64,000 bases of DNA from Eledone cirrhosa (lineage: Eukaryota), in contig OZ024740.1 of assembly GCA_964016885.1 (NCBI GenBank), positions 389,546,001 through 389,610,000 of the forward strand, in the 5' to 3' direction. Shown piece by piece: positions 25,186-38,114 of the stretch (position 1 is the stretch's first letter; every line of letters begins with the position of its first letter). The notes under the pieces were generated by a model. The model worked only from the letters and a program-made list of their open reading frames with translations, did no database searches and was not told the origin of the DNA. Both the position numbers and the translations under genes were made by a program.

Positions 25186-28100
25186 TATGTATAGATTTTA
25201 TATTTGTACTGAGTTTTTAATGTTATAAATCCCTGTTACTCTCAAACAAGCTACTAGAACTGTTTTACCATTAATAATAGTGTATTCATCAACTAAAATA
25301 GACATTTTAAATTGAAAATTATATTTTTCACTACTGTCTATGGTAGTTGGCTCCCTTCAACATGTGTAATATTCATAAATGTGTGACAACCTAACTTAAG
25401 TTAAAGCTATTTCTTTCTAGTAGTTCAGTATCATGACATATCCATGAAGGACTTACCTTTGGGTACAATCTTATATATAGTTCTAAAAACTCGTCCTAGT
25501 TTTGCTTTGTTATTTTTCAATGACACACATTGTATGTTCAATTTATTTTATCAACTGTTTCATTTATTTTTTTTTTTTATTTTTTTTTTTTGTGCTAAAA
25601 TTTTTTAGTTAAAATTAACTATTTTGCATTGTCATCTCTCACACCTACTGCTACATCAATACTGTACCTCTCATGAAACAAATGAATTCTTTATGTTCAT
25701 TCAGGTCCAAGGTGATCATACTAGCTACATATAGTACAGACTACTTATCTATTATTAACAATTAACCTGAGATATTCTGTCTTTTTGTTTAAGTACATTT
25801 CTTTTGTTCAGCAGCCTGGAAAATCCCATAGTGTAAATTTGTTTCTAATACTGTACATGCAGTATCAAGTAAAACAACAGTATGAGTGAGATCTTCATTT
25901 CAAGTAATTTAACTCTTTTTACTGGCTGAATGTTTTCATTATTATTTAGTTCTCCATCAAGCTGGTATTTTTATGTATCTTAGTATGGTTATTTTCACAG
26001 GGTTGCACTCAACTGTAATTTATAGATATTTGATACTGGTAATATTTATATAATAAAAGCTGTGGAATATAGAATGTGTAGATAAAATATCTACACACGA
26101 GAAACAATTATTAATATTTAATTTTCTCTCTGTCTATTTTAATCTAATCGAAGCACCTAATCTAAAGAGACAATTTCTTATTGAGGGAGACAATAGAAAA
26201 ACATTAAATTACTTATTATCCATTCTAATTCAGGCTAACCATATGCATTTAAAAAAAATGATCAGGTTAAAACTAAGCCACATTATTATAGATTTCCTGT
26301 GTTTAAAGTCTGTCTCAAACAAAAAGCTAAGTTAACCACACTATTTATAGTATACAAGTTTACAATGTATAGTGTCATTGACATACAGGAAACACTTCTA
26401 TGGAGCTAAAATGTTGATAATGTGAATTCATGTTGTGCATGTACAACCAAAACTATTCTAAGAAAAACAGCTAATCAGGTAATATAATATCTGAACAGCA
26501 ATATTGTTTGGTCATCCACCATCTAATTGCAGAGCTGATACAATTGTTGTTGCTTAGCCACAAGTCAGCCCTGATTGAGCAGCAAACCTATGATCAAGGG
26601 CATTCCAGTAATGGCCAACCCATTGTATTGTATATTTTGGATTAATTTGCTCAATATGTCTTTCATTTCTAAGTATGGTAGTATGTGATTTGCGAGGATG
26701 TCATTGCTATTTCTATCTGGTTAATTGATAGCATAGACACTTCCTCATTGATTTATGATAAGTGAAACACTAATAATCTTCATAGCCATAAATTGTCAAA
26801 ATATAGAATGTTGTCTTATCTCTGCTTTGTTTGACCTTAAACTGTGATCTACACCTTGTTAGATTTAGTATCTAGTATATATTTATAAAAGTTTATTTGT
26901 GTGTAATGGCCCGTTTCTCCTTTCCCTCTCATTTTTATGTAACAATCTTGTGTTCCTTCTCTTTCGCCTTACTTCAGACTTTGCTTTTTACTTCTCTTCT
27001 GATTACTCATTTGTTTTCATTAATCACTTGCTCTCTCTATTCCTCTTTTATATTTCCCCTCTTTCTCACTCTCTTCCTTTTCCTCAGATGCTTTGCTGTT
27101 ACCATAATTTAATACTTTTACTAAAGACACATATTTCTCTTTCTCATCTCCCCACCTCTTTCTCAATACTTTGGAACATTTTCTTTAACATTTTCTTTAT
27201 AAGTTATTTTATTATATGTATATGTGGAGTGAAAAAAATTTTTTCCCTGATGGTCACTACCACCAAAGGATTGACCTACAACCTCAAAGAGATCACTATA
27301 GATAAATTTCCCTTGTGGAAAGACTTAAGCGCGAATTGTACAAAAGGAGGACATTTTCTAAAGGCACTGTCATTTGACCCTTGCAAGACACTCTCTAGCA
27401 TGCTGCCCCTTTGACAACACAGTTTACCACATATGATTTACAACTACTATTATTTCTGTGGCAACACAACTGCTGTCTTACAACAAACTTGTAACTTTTT
27501 AAGGAAACAGCCCAAGGTAAAACTGTGACTGCTCACACAACACCGAGGCCTTATTGAACACGATAATCGTTGATTGTATTTATGATTTGAAGCAGTTGTA
27601 TTTTCCCTTTTGTGAGGTGAACTAAAGTTATATATGTATAATAAACCAGAATTGTTGTACTTGCCGTATTCGTCTTTTCTTCTACAACAAATAGACTTTG
27701 TTTCCTATGTATGCACATATATTGTGGGTTGATGTACGTACATGCATTGTGTTGGTGTAGGGGTAGATGTGGCAAGGGTGGTGGTGTGTTATGTTTTTCC
27801 TTATTATTTGCTAGGTGTGGAGGAAGAAGCTGTCTCCATAAACTTAAAAACCAGCTTTATAATTGGTCTCTTTACATTATTACAAAATTAATATTATCAA
27901 AGTTGTACTTCAGACAAGACCATATGGGCCATTTTAGTCATCTAAAAAAAACACACAGATATGCAGTGGAATTGGGTCACTGATGAGGTTGCAGTAATGT
28001 GATGAAAATTTTAACACCTCATGAAATAAATGGAAAGTGAATACAACAGTTTTGTGTGTTTTAGATTGCTAAAATGGCTCTCTTCTGATGTAATTGATAT

Positions 28101-28286
28101 TAGTAATTCATATTGTTATTAAATGTTGACTATTAAATCCCTTTTATCTCTAGCATCATTAGTATTAGTCGTTTGGGTTAGTTAAATTAACTATATCCCT
28201 ATTTTGTAGCCACGAGTGTCAATGTGATAATATAACCTAAGTCTCAGATAAGTTGTTTTAAATAAGATTATGTATTTTAATAATAA

Positions 28287-28432
28287 CTAGCAGAATGGCC
28301 CGGCGTTGCTCGGGATTTGCTCTAGGATTTTTATATATTTGATATATATTTATCCTTATCGAGCCTCGTGAAATAAATATGTTTGTTTATATTTTGTTAT
28401 TGTGTATGCAAAAATATCTGTACATGAATATA

Positions 28433-28468
<36 letters not shown>

Positions 28469-30093
28469 TAACAGATTAAAGTTTAAGCAAAGAATCGCTG
28501 CTTTGACCCTTAACGGGATCTTCTGAAACTAAAAAATCAATCTGTGAACGCGCCAGTGTGCATTCCGATCAGCCCGAGATGTGCGACGTCGGAGATCTCG
28601 AAGATTGGGTGCACCCTCGAGTCTAGCCACTCTCGCCCTCTCCACGAGTTCAAGCGTGCCGCCGGAGGTCCAGTCCCGATGGCGTCTTTGGGTCGACCCG
28701 AGATGCTTCCTGGCCACCTCAACCATCGCCACCCTGAGCGTGTTCCACTCCTGCTCCGGTTGCTGTTCCACTTCATTACTCAGCATTTGGAATCTGTTTC
28801 ACAGCTTTAGCCGGAAAGCATTTCCAGCATCGAGCTTGAGTTGCGAGATATCGATCCTTTTCTGGTGGTTGAGAGGAGGTTTTGCCCGCAGCCGCAGACG
28901 AAGGGTTGCTCGAACAAGAGTATGGTCTGACCCATGCTCACTGCCCGTGTCAACCTGAACCCACCAGCTGGCCCACCGAGATCTGACCAGGATGTAGTCA
29001 ATCTGATTGGCCAATCTTCCGTCATTGGATCGCCACGTGACGAGGTGACGCCGAGGATACTGGAACCGGGTGTTGGTGACGATAAGACAATTGGCATCCG
29101 CGAAAGACATGAGCTGTTCACCATTGTCACAGTGTACGCCTAGGGCGAAGCGTCCTAGAATATGCCGTGTTGTATCATCAGTCGGCCCCGACCGCGCCAT
29201 CCAGTCCCCAGCGACAATGAGAACATCACTGGAGGGGACGCCATCCACGATTGTTTGGAGATCGGCATAGAACTGCGTCTTGTCCGCCTCGTCCGTATTG
29301 AGTGTGGGAGCGTAGACGGCAATTACGCTGACGTTGGAGATTTGACCCTTCAATCGAACCAGTGCAAGTCGGTGTGAGATTGGCTGCCACGCCAGCAGAG
29401 CCGCTTGCACGTCGGGGCTGAGCGCGACAGCGACCCCATGAAGGCCACTGTTGTCAGTCATGCCACTATGATACAAGTGGTAGGAGATGTCCTCGCCAGG
29501 AACTTTGATCGGAAGATGACCAACATCAAGAAGTCGAACTTCTGAAAGGCAAGCGACACTAACGCAGTACCTTTGCAGAGCCTTCATTGTAAGTGCCTGG
29601 ACACCATCGTCACAAAGTGTTTGGACGTTCCAGCACGCCACTCTCAATTCCTTCCTTCGTCTGAAGAGCTGGACTACTGCGGGAGTAGTCTGTAGAGCCA
29701 TAGTGGTAGGAGCGCTGTTGCTTTGCATTGCGTTTGTAGCGGGAAGGCAATTCGTATTCATAGTTCGTAATTGTAGGATTCATGGAAGAAGTGTCATGGG
29801 AGTAGTGAATTCACAAGCGGTCCCCAAAAAACCCGCATGTATATCCCGAACGAGGGGGAAAAAACGTCCTGTTTGCCGCAGATTCTCCACAGACGCAGAG
29901 ACAGAAACGACCCGAAGTTACTGGAGCAGACACCTCTTGGATTTTCACCAGAGCCCCTTTTGCCGGGGTGCCAGACCAATCCGCTTTGAGTGGCCCTACC
30001 AGGAACCGAAGTTCCCGACGGCATAGCTCTGACACTACCCGTTGCCTAATTGTCACCACGTGTCTTATTCCAGGATATGTATATAATATTAGA
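28287..30093 (-). mobile_element. Non-autonomous Helitron carrying the 5' portion of a GC-rich RTE LINE
   Basis: Minus strand reads A|TCTAATATTATATAC...cccgagcaacgccggg-ccattctg-CTAG|T. Internal ORF 28799-29761 is an APE endonuclease (WNVQTL, LSEVR, VYAPT, AGDW, QIDY, SDH). Confidence 0.8.
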
Positions 30094-30379
30094 TTGGAAT
30101 TGAAATAGAAGCCTTTATTACTAAATTAAACTTACATATATCAATAGCCAAGTAGATATTAGCCTTGGTTTAAAAATAACGATTTCTAATTTGAATTCAG
30201 TCTGATACGAGATACATATCCAGTAATAATTGATAACAGTTAGAGGTTAAACTTATTGAAATAGTTAGTGTGTAAATGATTAAAAAATAAAGATAAAGTT
30301 AATTATAGAAAAAAATCTCATTATTAAATTGTTTGATATTTATACCCAATTAATATGATTATTAATTAATCAGAGGTGA

Positions 30380-31690
30380 GAGGCAGTGCCCATAAAATAT
30401 GTGAGCCATCCCAGGTTGGTGAGATTAATGCAGTTGATATTGAGTTTTAACTCTATATGGAAAGTTTGAGAGAGGAGGGAATTCCAGAAGGTTGCAGACC
30501 CAGAGAGGATGGTTTGAGGAGTGTTTAGTACAGCCTGGTAGTTTGTAAGACAGAGTATAAGGTGATGAATGAGTGCATTAGGTTGTATAGGGCTGGGATA
30601 ATGTGCAGTTATCTAGTTCAAAGAAGCATAGACCACTATAGTTCCAGAAATAGAGAAACAATACATCTGTTAGCTAAATGTAATGTGATGGTGAATCAGA
30701 TGTTTTACATGTAGTCTAGAATGTGTGTCTATAGGAGCATTGCGTTCCCAGATGTGTAAACAGAACTCCAGTGTAAGCCATACTTGTGTATTGTAAGCAA
30801 GAACCAATCAGGGCTAATGCATTTTCTGGCAATTGTATATGTGTGTAAGTTGCCATGAAATAGAGATTATGAGGCCAATAATTTGTAATGACTTTAACAC
30901 TTTAGCATTTACGTTACTCTATATATACTATTTTAATTTTGTAATAAGGGCATTACTTCACATAATTATCTCATAATATTGAATCTAAGAGATTTTGATA
31001 TTATTTATTTTGAGAACAATACCTTAATATCAATATGAGCAGCCAGTTACAGCTGGTTTGAAGAGAAAGAGGTGAGAGAATTATGTCTGGATACAGCTGG
31101 TTTAAATGCTAAAGGGTTAAATCTGTTAGTGGTGTGTGTTGTTTACTTGGAGTTCAAGACTGCTTCCATGATATATTTATCAACTCCATCTTGGAGCTGT
31201 TAAGAGACTACGTTATTACATACCTGTTCAAGGAATATCTTCAATATATTTATTTATAAAAGTAATGCATTTCTGTCATGAGCTGTCTTGTGCAGAATGT
31301 TAAGAAGGAATTAAATGTGGTATCATTCACATAGGAGCATATGTGATTAGAAGTAACAATAAAACAGTAAGTGGTGGGAGGGCTGGTGCCATGATGAAAA
31401 GTTAGAGTTCAGAAGAGATGTAAGACATAACTGAGCCTTGGAACATACCAATTTAATAGAGCGTAAGAGAGAGAGAGAGTGTTCTGCCAGTTCATGCTGT
31501 AATAAAGCAACCTGATAGAAAATATTTTATCTAAGAGATGAGAAAGTAAATGGACAGGATGGAGTCAGTAAATAAACAGGTAGTTTTACTGGGAGATCCT
31601 TATGCCAACTTTGTTGGTGTCAAACAGAAACTATCTTACATTGCTTTTACTCAGTGACATAGTAACTTTTCCCAAACTCACCTTCTCCAA
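30380..31690 (-). mobile_element. Very decayed CR1/Jockey-group LINE 3' part, interrupted by a MITE
   Basis: Remnants LTLEFCLHIW and SATFWNSL on the minus strand. Confidence 0.45.
30898..31116. mobile_element. piggyBac-type MITE
   Basis: TTAA flanks, TIRs cactttagcattta/taaatgctaaaggg. Confidence 0.85.
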
Positions 31691-31780
31691 TATAGTGCAC
31701 AATGTTATGTTATTCTCCCCTTTTTTTTTTTTATTGATGATAATATTGACTAATTAGATGCACATCTTTTCTATTTGCAG

Positions 31781-31889
31781 CCGTTCAAAATGGTATCATG
31801 GAATTGCAGACTTTGCCAATGTAATGAAGGCCTTTATTGGCACTAACTATTTATCCGTACCATATGCCTTCAGTCAAAGTGGAGTTATT
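31781..31889 (+). CDS. Aa_trans/SLC36-like amino acid transporter, exon 2 (TM1 region)
   Basis: tttgcAG acceptor, GTAAGT donor. Encodes RSKWYHGIADFANVMKAFIGTNYLSVPYAFSQSGVI, resembling the Aa_trans TM1 motif (N..K..IG.G.L..PYAF..SG). Confidence 0.9.
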
Positions 31890-32207
31890 GTAAGTAATAT
31901 GTGCATACACTTGCACACAAATATGCACACATGCATATATATGTGTGTGTGTTAAATCGCCACTGTCTATCATCATACTTAGAATAAGATATGGGCTGGC
32001 CTCAGGGAGAGCACCTGATCCTAGAAAGCATTTCAGAAAAAGATCTCATCCAATCCATGCAAGCATGGAAAAAAAGGACATAAAAATGATATATATATTC
32101 TCCTAAAATATTATTTTTGTGCTTAAATGACTACTTGTAAAATATACTGTGAAATTACTGTTTCATCTTCTGATACCTTAAAAAAACTAAACCTCACAAC
32201 AGAAATG

Positions 32208-33026
32208 TCTAAAGACCGCGAGGGCTGGTGCTATGTGGTGCTGAAGTCTAAAGACCGCGAGGGCTGGTGCTATGTGGTGCTGAAGTCTAAAGACTGCGAG
32301 GGCTGGTGCTATGTGGTGCTGAAGTCTAAAGATCGCGAGGGCTGGTGCTATGTGGTGCTGAAGTCTAAAGACCGCGAGGGCTGGTGCTATGTGGTGCTGA
32401 AGTCTAAAGACCGCGAGGGCTGGTGCTATGTGGTGCTGAAGTCTAAAGACCGCGAGGGCTGGTGCTATGTGGTGCTGAAGTCTAAAGACCGCGAGGGCTG
32501 GTGCTATGTGGTGCTGAAGTCTAAAGACCGCGAGGGCTGGTGCTATGTGGTGCTGAAGTCTAAAGACCGCGAGGGCTGGTGCTATGTGGTGCTGAAGTCT
32601 AAAGACCGCGAGGGCTGGTGCTATGTGGTGCTGAAGTCTAAAGACCGCGAGGGCTGGTGCTATGTGGTGCTGAAGTCTAAAGACCGCGAGGGCTGGTGCT
32701 ATGTGGTGCTGAAGTCTAAAGACCGCGAGGGCTGGTGCTATGTGGTGCTGAAGTCTAAAGACTGTGAGGGCTGGTGCTATGTGGTGCTGAAGTCTAAAGA
32801 CCGCGAGGGCTGGTGCTATGTGGTGCTGAAGTCTAAAGACCGCGAGGGCTGGTGCTATGTGGTGCTGAAGTCTAAAGACCGCGAGGGCTGGTGCTATGTG
32901 GTGCTGAAGTCTAAAGACCGCGAGGGCTGGTGCTATGTGGTGCTGAAGTCTAAAGACCGCGAGGGCTGGTGCTATGTGGTGCTGAAGTCTAAAGACTGCG
33001 AGGGCTGGTGCTATGTGGTGCTGAAG
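32208..33026 (+). repeat. Minisatellite of 21 x 39 bp (tctaaagaccgcgagggctggtgctatgtggtgctgaag) inside a + strand RTE 3' fragment (~32170-33307)
   Basis: 819 bp = 21 x 39, no spacers. Flanks translate as LKKLNLTTEM-[SKDREGWCYVVLK]n-KTRP. Confidence 0.95.
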
Positions 33027-33326
33027 AAGACCCGACCTGCAGCATACAATGTGGTCTGACCTACTCCTGTCCTCCCTCCATCTACAAGCACTCACTAACA
33101 GCTATTCTCAACATCACAGCATCACTACTTGACCCTCACCCCTTGCTCCTCCCCTCACACATTCCTAGCCGGTCCCCTGTGAAGTGGTTGGTTATAGGAA
33201 GGGTATCGAACTGTAGAAAGCTTGCCAAACAAAGTGAGACCATACTTAAGCGAGGCAGAGATCCTTGGCCTGTCTGGGAGATCAGTAGCCCCACTTCTGA
33301 TGATGATATGCTGGAGATAAATACAT

Positions 33327-34891
33327 ATCATCATCATCATCATCACCGTTTTACGTCCATTCTTCCACGCTAGCATGGGTTAGACGGGTTGTCCTGTTGT
33401 GGGCAGTGTCTGGTCGGCTGACCATGGCTTGCTCATACAGGAACTGATTTGGCTTGATTTCTACAGCTGGATGCCCTTCCTAACACCAACCTCATTTACA
33501 GTGAGTGCTGGGTGCTTTTTCGTGGCACCTACACGTCCACTTTACAGTGTGGGCTGGGTGCTTTTTTGCCATGGCACCTCCACGACCACCTTGCGGTGGG
33601 GGGTGTGGGGGCATATTGTCTATATGCTTCAGCTTGTACCCATGGGAGGTCGGGTACTCTGTATTACTGCGTGACGCCAGAAGTCACGGTCGTGTGTCAT
33701 TGTCTTTGAGAGGTGCAATTGGGTAAGGTCGGCTTTTATCACCTCATCCCAGGTCATCTTGGGTCTCCCTACTCCGCGGTTTCCATCAACTTCTAGTGCT
33801 CTGCACCTTTTTATGCAGCTGTCATCCTTCATACGCATCACGTGTCCATACCAGTGCAACCGCCTCTCCTGCACACAGCATTTGATTCCTCTTATGCTCA
33901 GTCTCTCTCTCAATTCATTTATGCTTTGTTATTCACGTATATTACTGTTACACATCCATCGGAGCATGCAGGCTTCGTTTCTCTCTAATCTACGTAAGTC
34001 TTCCACCTTCAGCGCCCAGGTCTCACTACCATGCAACATCGCTGTTCGGATACACGCATCATACAGTCTGCCTTTCGTTCTGAGGGAGAAGCCTTTTGCA
34101 GCTAGCAGTGGTAGTAGTTCCCTAAACTTCTTCCATCCCGTTCTTACCCTAGTTATTGTACTTTCTGAACACCCACCTCCGCTGCTAATTCGGTCACCTA
34201 GGTAGCAGAAGCTGTCTACTGTTTCTACAGGGCCCTCCCAGAGATTGGTGGTACTTGTTTCCTGTGGCTGTTTGCTGCTTGCTGTCTCAGCACAGCTGCT
34301 GCATGTGAAGCCTACATTTTTAATTAAGCTTCCTGAGATCCCACTACATCTCTTGTGTACCCATTGTTTGCATTTGGGGCAGAGAATGGAGTTCCTACCT
34401 ACACCTTTCCTACATACTGAGCAAGGCCATTTCCCTGAGGGGATCTGGGTTCTGTTTTCTCGTCTACTTACAAGGACCTTAGTCTTTGTCATGTTGACTT
34501 TGAGACCCTTTCTTTCTAGTCCCTGCTTCCAAGTTTGGAATGTATTCTCTAGTTCTACCATAGATTCCGTTATGAGTGCGAGGTCATCAGCATACAGGAG
34601 TTCCCATGGGCATCCGGTCTTAAACTCCTCCATTATTGCCTGCAGGACTATGATGAACAGGAGAGGGCTAAGAACAGAGCCCTGGTGGACCCCAACCTGT
34701 ACGCTAAATTCCTTGCTATACTCATTGCTAATCCTAACTTTGCTGACTGCTCCCCTATACATGGCTTGTACCGCTTTCACAAGCCATTCATCTACTCCTA
34801 GTTTTTTAAGAGCCCATCAGATTACAGCACGTGGAACTCTGTCAAAGGCTTTCTCAAGGTCGACAAATGCCAAGTAGAGTGGCTTACTTTT
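33327..34891 (-). mobile_element. RTE LINE family A, copy 2 (5'-truncated)
   Basis: LLYADDLALI, Cys-rich finger, MLHGSETWAL, (CAT)n tail, internal stop. Confidence 0.95.
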
Positions 34892-34892
34892 A

Positions 34893-35305
34893 TATCATCA
34901 CCATCATTATCATTTAACATCCATCTTCCATGCTAGCATGGGTAGGACGGGCTGTCCCTTTGGGAGGGATCAGGTCGGTGGACCGTGGTTCACTCACTCA
35001 GAACTGATTTAGCTTTATTTACAGTGTGTGTTGTGTGCTTTTTGCCGTGTCACCTACACGAGTACAGTGAGAACTGGGCGCTTGCTTTTTGTCATGACAC
35101 CTATATGACCACTATAGTGGGTTGGGCTTTTTTGTCATTGCTCCAAGAGGGATCACTTTATAGAGAAGGTTAGGAACTTGGTAGGGTGAGAAAGATCCTT
35201 TGGGAAATTGAGGATGTAGGTATAAGGAAGGTTTATGGGAGATGGTAGAGAATAGTGTTGCTTACTAAGTATATGCCTCAGCCCGAGTATGATAGAGGGC
35301 TGAGG
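34893..35305 (-). mobile_element. RTE-type 3' UTR fragment
   Basis: (CAT)n-tttaacatccatcttccatgctagcatggg terminus shared with the other RTE tails. Confidence 0.65.
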
Positions 35306-35904
35306 TATATATATATATATATAAATGCAAGAAATAGATTACCAAGGTTTAACAATTAATACATTATTCATAACATATAAAATATATTGATTTACCGACC
35401 ATGTGTGTGCGCACCATCCTGGTTGAAGTGTCGGAATGTAAACTAAGCTTTTTTTCAGGTTATGGAAGGTTGGAAGTGCAAGAATTATTTAATGATACTG
35501 TTCTCAATAGTTAGTCTGACAGGTATTTTCAGCACTCATGTTCTGACATTAATATACTATATGATTGTCGTTAGTTCAAATACAGTTTTATGTGTTAATG
35601 TTATAAACTCTATCGAAGCAAGTATAGGCTAAAATTATCTAGGGGTTATCAGTGTTTATTTCACGTTACTTATATGTACTGGTTTATTTTACTAAGTACA
35701 CATAGCCACAAAAAACCCATATTTGTACATGTAGCACCATTATATGCTTGTACAAACCCACATGAATATATATACTCACATATATCTATCCATATACACA
35801 CGGCAATAGTTCACATGAATACGAAGATATACCCATATATATGCACATACACATACAATCATACATAATTTTCATTAACACCTATAAAATATACACAAAT
35901 ATAT

Positions 35905-36225
35905 ACGTGGAGGCACATGGCTTAGTGGTTAGAGCATTGGCCTTGCAATGAGTTCAATTCTCAGACCGGGTGATGTGTTGTTTCCTTGAGCAAGACACTT
36001 TATTTCACATTGCTTCAGTTTACTCAGCTGTAGAAATGAGGTGATAGGGACTGGGGTCCATATCATTCCACTCCAAAGTGGTCGTGGAGGTGCCACGGCA
36101 AAAAAAGCACCCAGTACTCACTGTAAATGAGGAGCTGTAGAAATCAAGCTAGAATCAGTTCCCATCCCACCCTTGCAAGCAGGGAAAAAGCGGACGTAAA
36201 ATGAAATGATGATGATGATGATGAT
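35905..36225 (+). mobile_element. SINE with tRNA-like head, CORE-like body and RTE 3' tail
   Basis: A-box tggcttagtgg, B-box gagttcaattc, body ccttgagcaagacactttatttcac; tail similar to the RTE-A 3' UTR and ending in (ATG)n. Confidence 0.8.
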
Positions 36226-37711
36226 ACATACTCATACACACCTACATTTACACATACATATATATATACATACATAAACACACATATATTATATACCCAT
36301 ACCCACATATATATAGGCGCTCCTATGCACATGCATGTATCACTTGTCACTCATACAAACACTCATCCCTCTCTCTCTCTATATATATATATATATAGTA
36401 TGGGTATATAATATATATGTGTGTGTTTATGTATTTATACGCACCTCATATACACACGGAGGGCTTGTAAAGTTTCCAGCTAGGAAATTCTATTCACAAG
36501 GTGTTGGTTTACCCGCGACTATAAACAGAAAACACTTGCTGAAGGTGCTGCTCAACTATATTGACCTGTATCCAAACATCTTAAAGTGAACCTCTTAGCA
36601 ATACAGCTATGCATATCCCCCCCCCCCTCTATATTTCCCTTTTTTCCCATCCTGTAAGAGGTTTGTTGTCTCTCATAACATGTTGCCACTTGTTAGTCTT
36701 TCCTCGTATGGCATGCACAGTAATAGAAAAAACATGAAGGTCATGTGTTTTGTTGGTATAATGTTTATGGTTGGATGCTTTCTATTATTCATTTATATAT
36801 TAGCAAACAGTGGTTGAGACAGATGATCTCTCCAATTTTACTGACCCACTGAGCAAAATGTTTGATGCTTTGAACAAAAATATTTTAACGTTAGCTTCTG
36901 AATGGCAACATTTTGATGTGTGGAACCAATTCAGCGACTGTGTTGTCACACCTTTGCAGTTTAGAGCGAACATTGGATGATACTAATTTTCAAAACTTTG
37001 GTTCAATCCACTTCAGGATTTTTGTTTTTCATTCTGGCCAAAACATTTACTTTTACTCATGTAATAAACAAGCTTTTTATCCAGAGACAATTATTTCTCA
37101 TCTACCTGCTCCAAACTCTATTATTGGAGCCTATGTACTTTGGTGAAACAAAATTGAAACTCATTTTCAATTCCTTTGTTTGAGCAATTTCAGTTTCCTT
37201 AAATATTTCAACTTCTTTTCCTTTTCCTCAAATCCCTTGATTCTTTATGTATACCTAATATGTAATTTACCACTACATGAGGGTTTTCAAACATAGTAAT
37301 AGTTGAAGACATACTAGAACATGTAATCTGTGGAGATTGAGAATAATAAAGATGTTTCAATAGTGGGATAGTACAAAGCCATGCACTTTGTGGGAGATTA
37401 CCTAAGAACACAGTACTCAGTATGGATGAAAGTTTAAATTGAGATTTGAACTTAAAAACACAGGTCAAAACTGAATCCTCTACAGTATTTAATTCAGCAC
37501 TGTGTCTGGTTTAGAATAGGTACAACATATACCCATAAGTAATGGTTAGCTCCAGAAATGCTATGCAGCTGTAAAGCATTGTTTGAAAAAGAATCTCATG
37601 ATGAGCATGGAGATTGTTACAAAGCTAATCCCTGCTTTAGCACTTATTGTGTTTAATTCAGCACTAATGTTTCTGCCACTCCACCACCATTACCACCACC
37701 ACAACAATAAT

Positions 37712-38077
37712 AATAATTGTTTCTACTTTTGGCACAAGGCCAGCAATTATCCCAGTGTATTACTGGTACTATATTTTATCGACCCCGTAAGGATGAAAGG
37801 CAAAGTTAACCTCGGCGGGATTTGAACTCTGAACATAAAGGGCTGTAACTATTTGCTAATAATGATTTCTAGTATAGGCACAAGGCCAGTAATTTTGGAG
37901 GAGGAGAAAGTCGATTAAATCAACCCCAGTACATTACTGGTGCTTTATTTTATCGACCCCGTAAGGATGAAAGGCAAAGCTAACCTTGGCAGGATTTGAA
38001 CTCTGAATGTAAAAGGTTGTAACTCTATGCTGCAAAGCATGTCAGATGCTCTACCAATACTGCCAATCTACTGCCCT

Positions 38078-38080
<3 letters not shown>
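37712..38080 (-). mobile_element. Two tandem tRNA-derived SINE copies
   Basis: Same core as 12470-13070. Confidence 0.85.

Positions 38081-38113
<33 letters not shown>

Positions 38114-38114
<1 letters not shown>

Noticed and set aside
26897-27414. 171 aa hydrophobic ORF
   Set aside because: Low-complexity pyrimidine-rich sequence, at most a faint Tc1/mariner-like scrap.
32208-33026. CRISPR-like array
   Set aside because: Units are contiguous with no unique spacers, no cas genes are present, the context is eukaryotic, and the unit derives from an RTE ORF.
32127-33095. 310 aa and 302 aa repeat proteins as real genes
   Set aside because: The frames are open only because the 39 bp unit is a multiple of 3 and lacks stops in those frames.
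34245-34877. Plus-strand ORFs over RTE copies (also 19161-20003, 56323-58455, 59058-60098)
   Set aside because: Antisense shadows of retroelement coding sequence.
35909-35970. Functional tRNA genes
   Set aside because: The A/B boxes belong to SINE heads and no complete cloverleaf is evident.
36455-37200. Mariner-like transposon remnant
   Set aside because: Only a vague terminal resemblance; no convincing transposase motif or second TIR was found.
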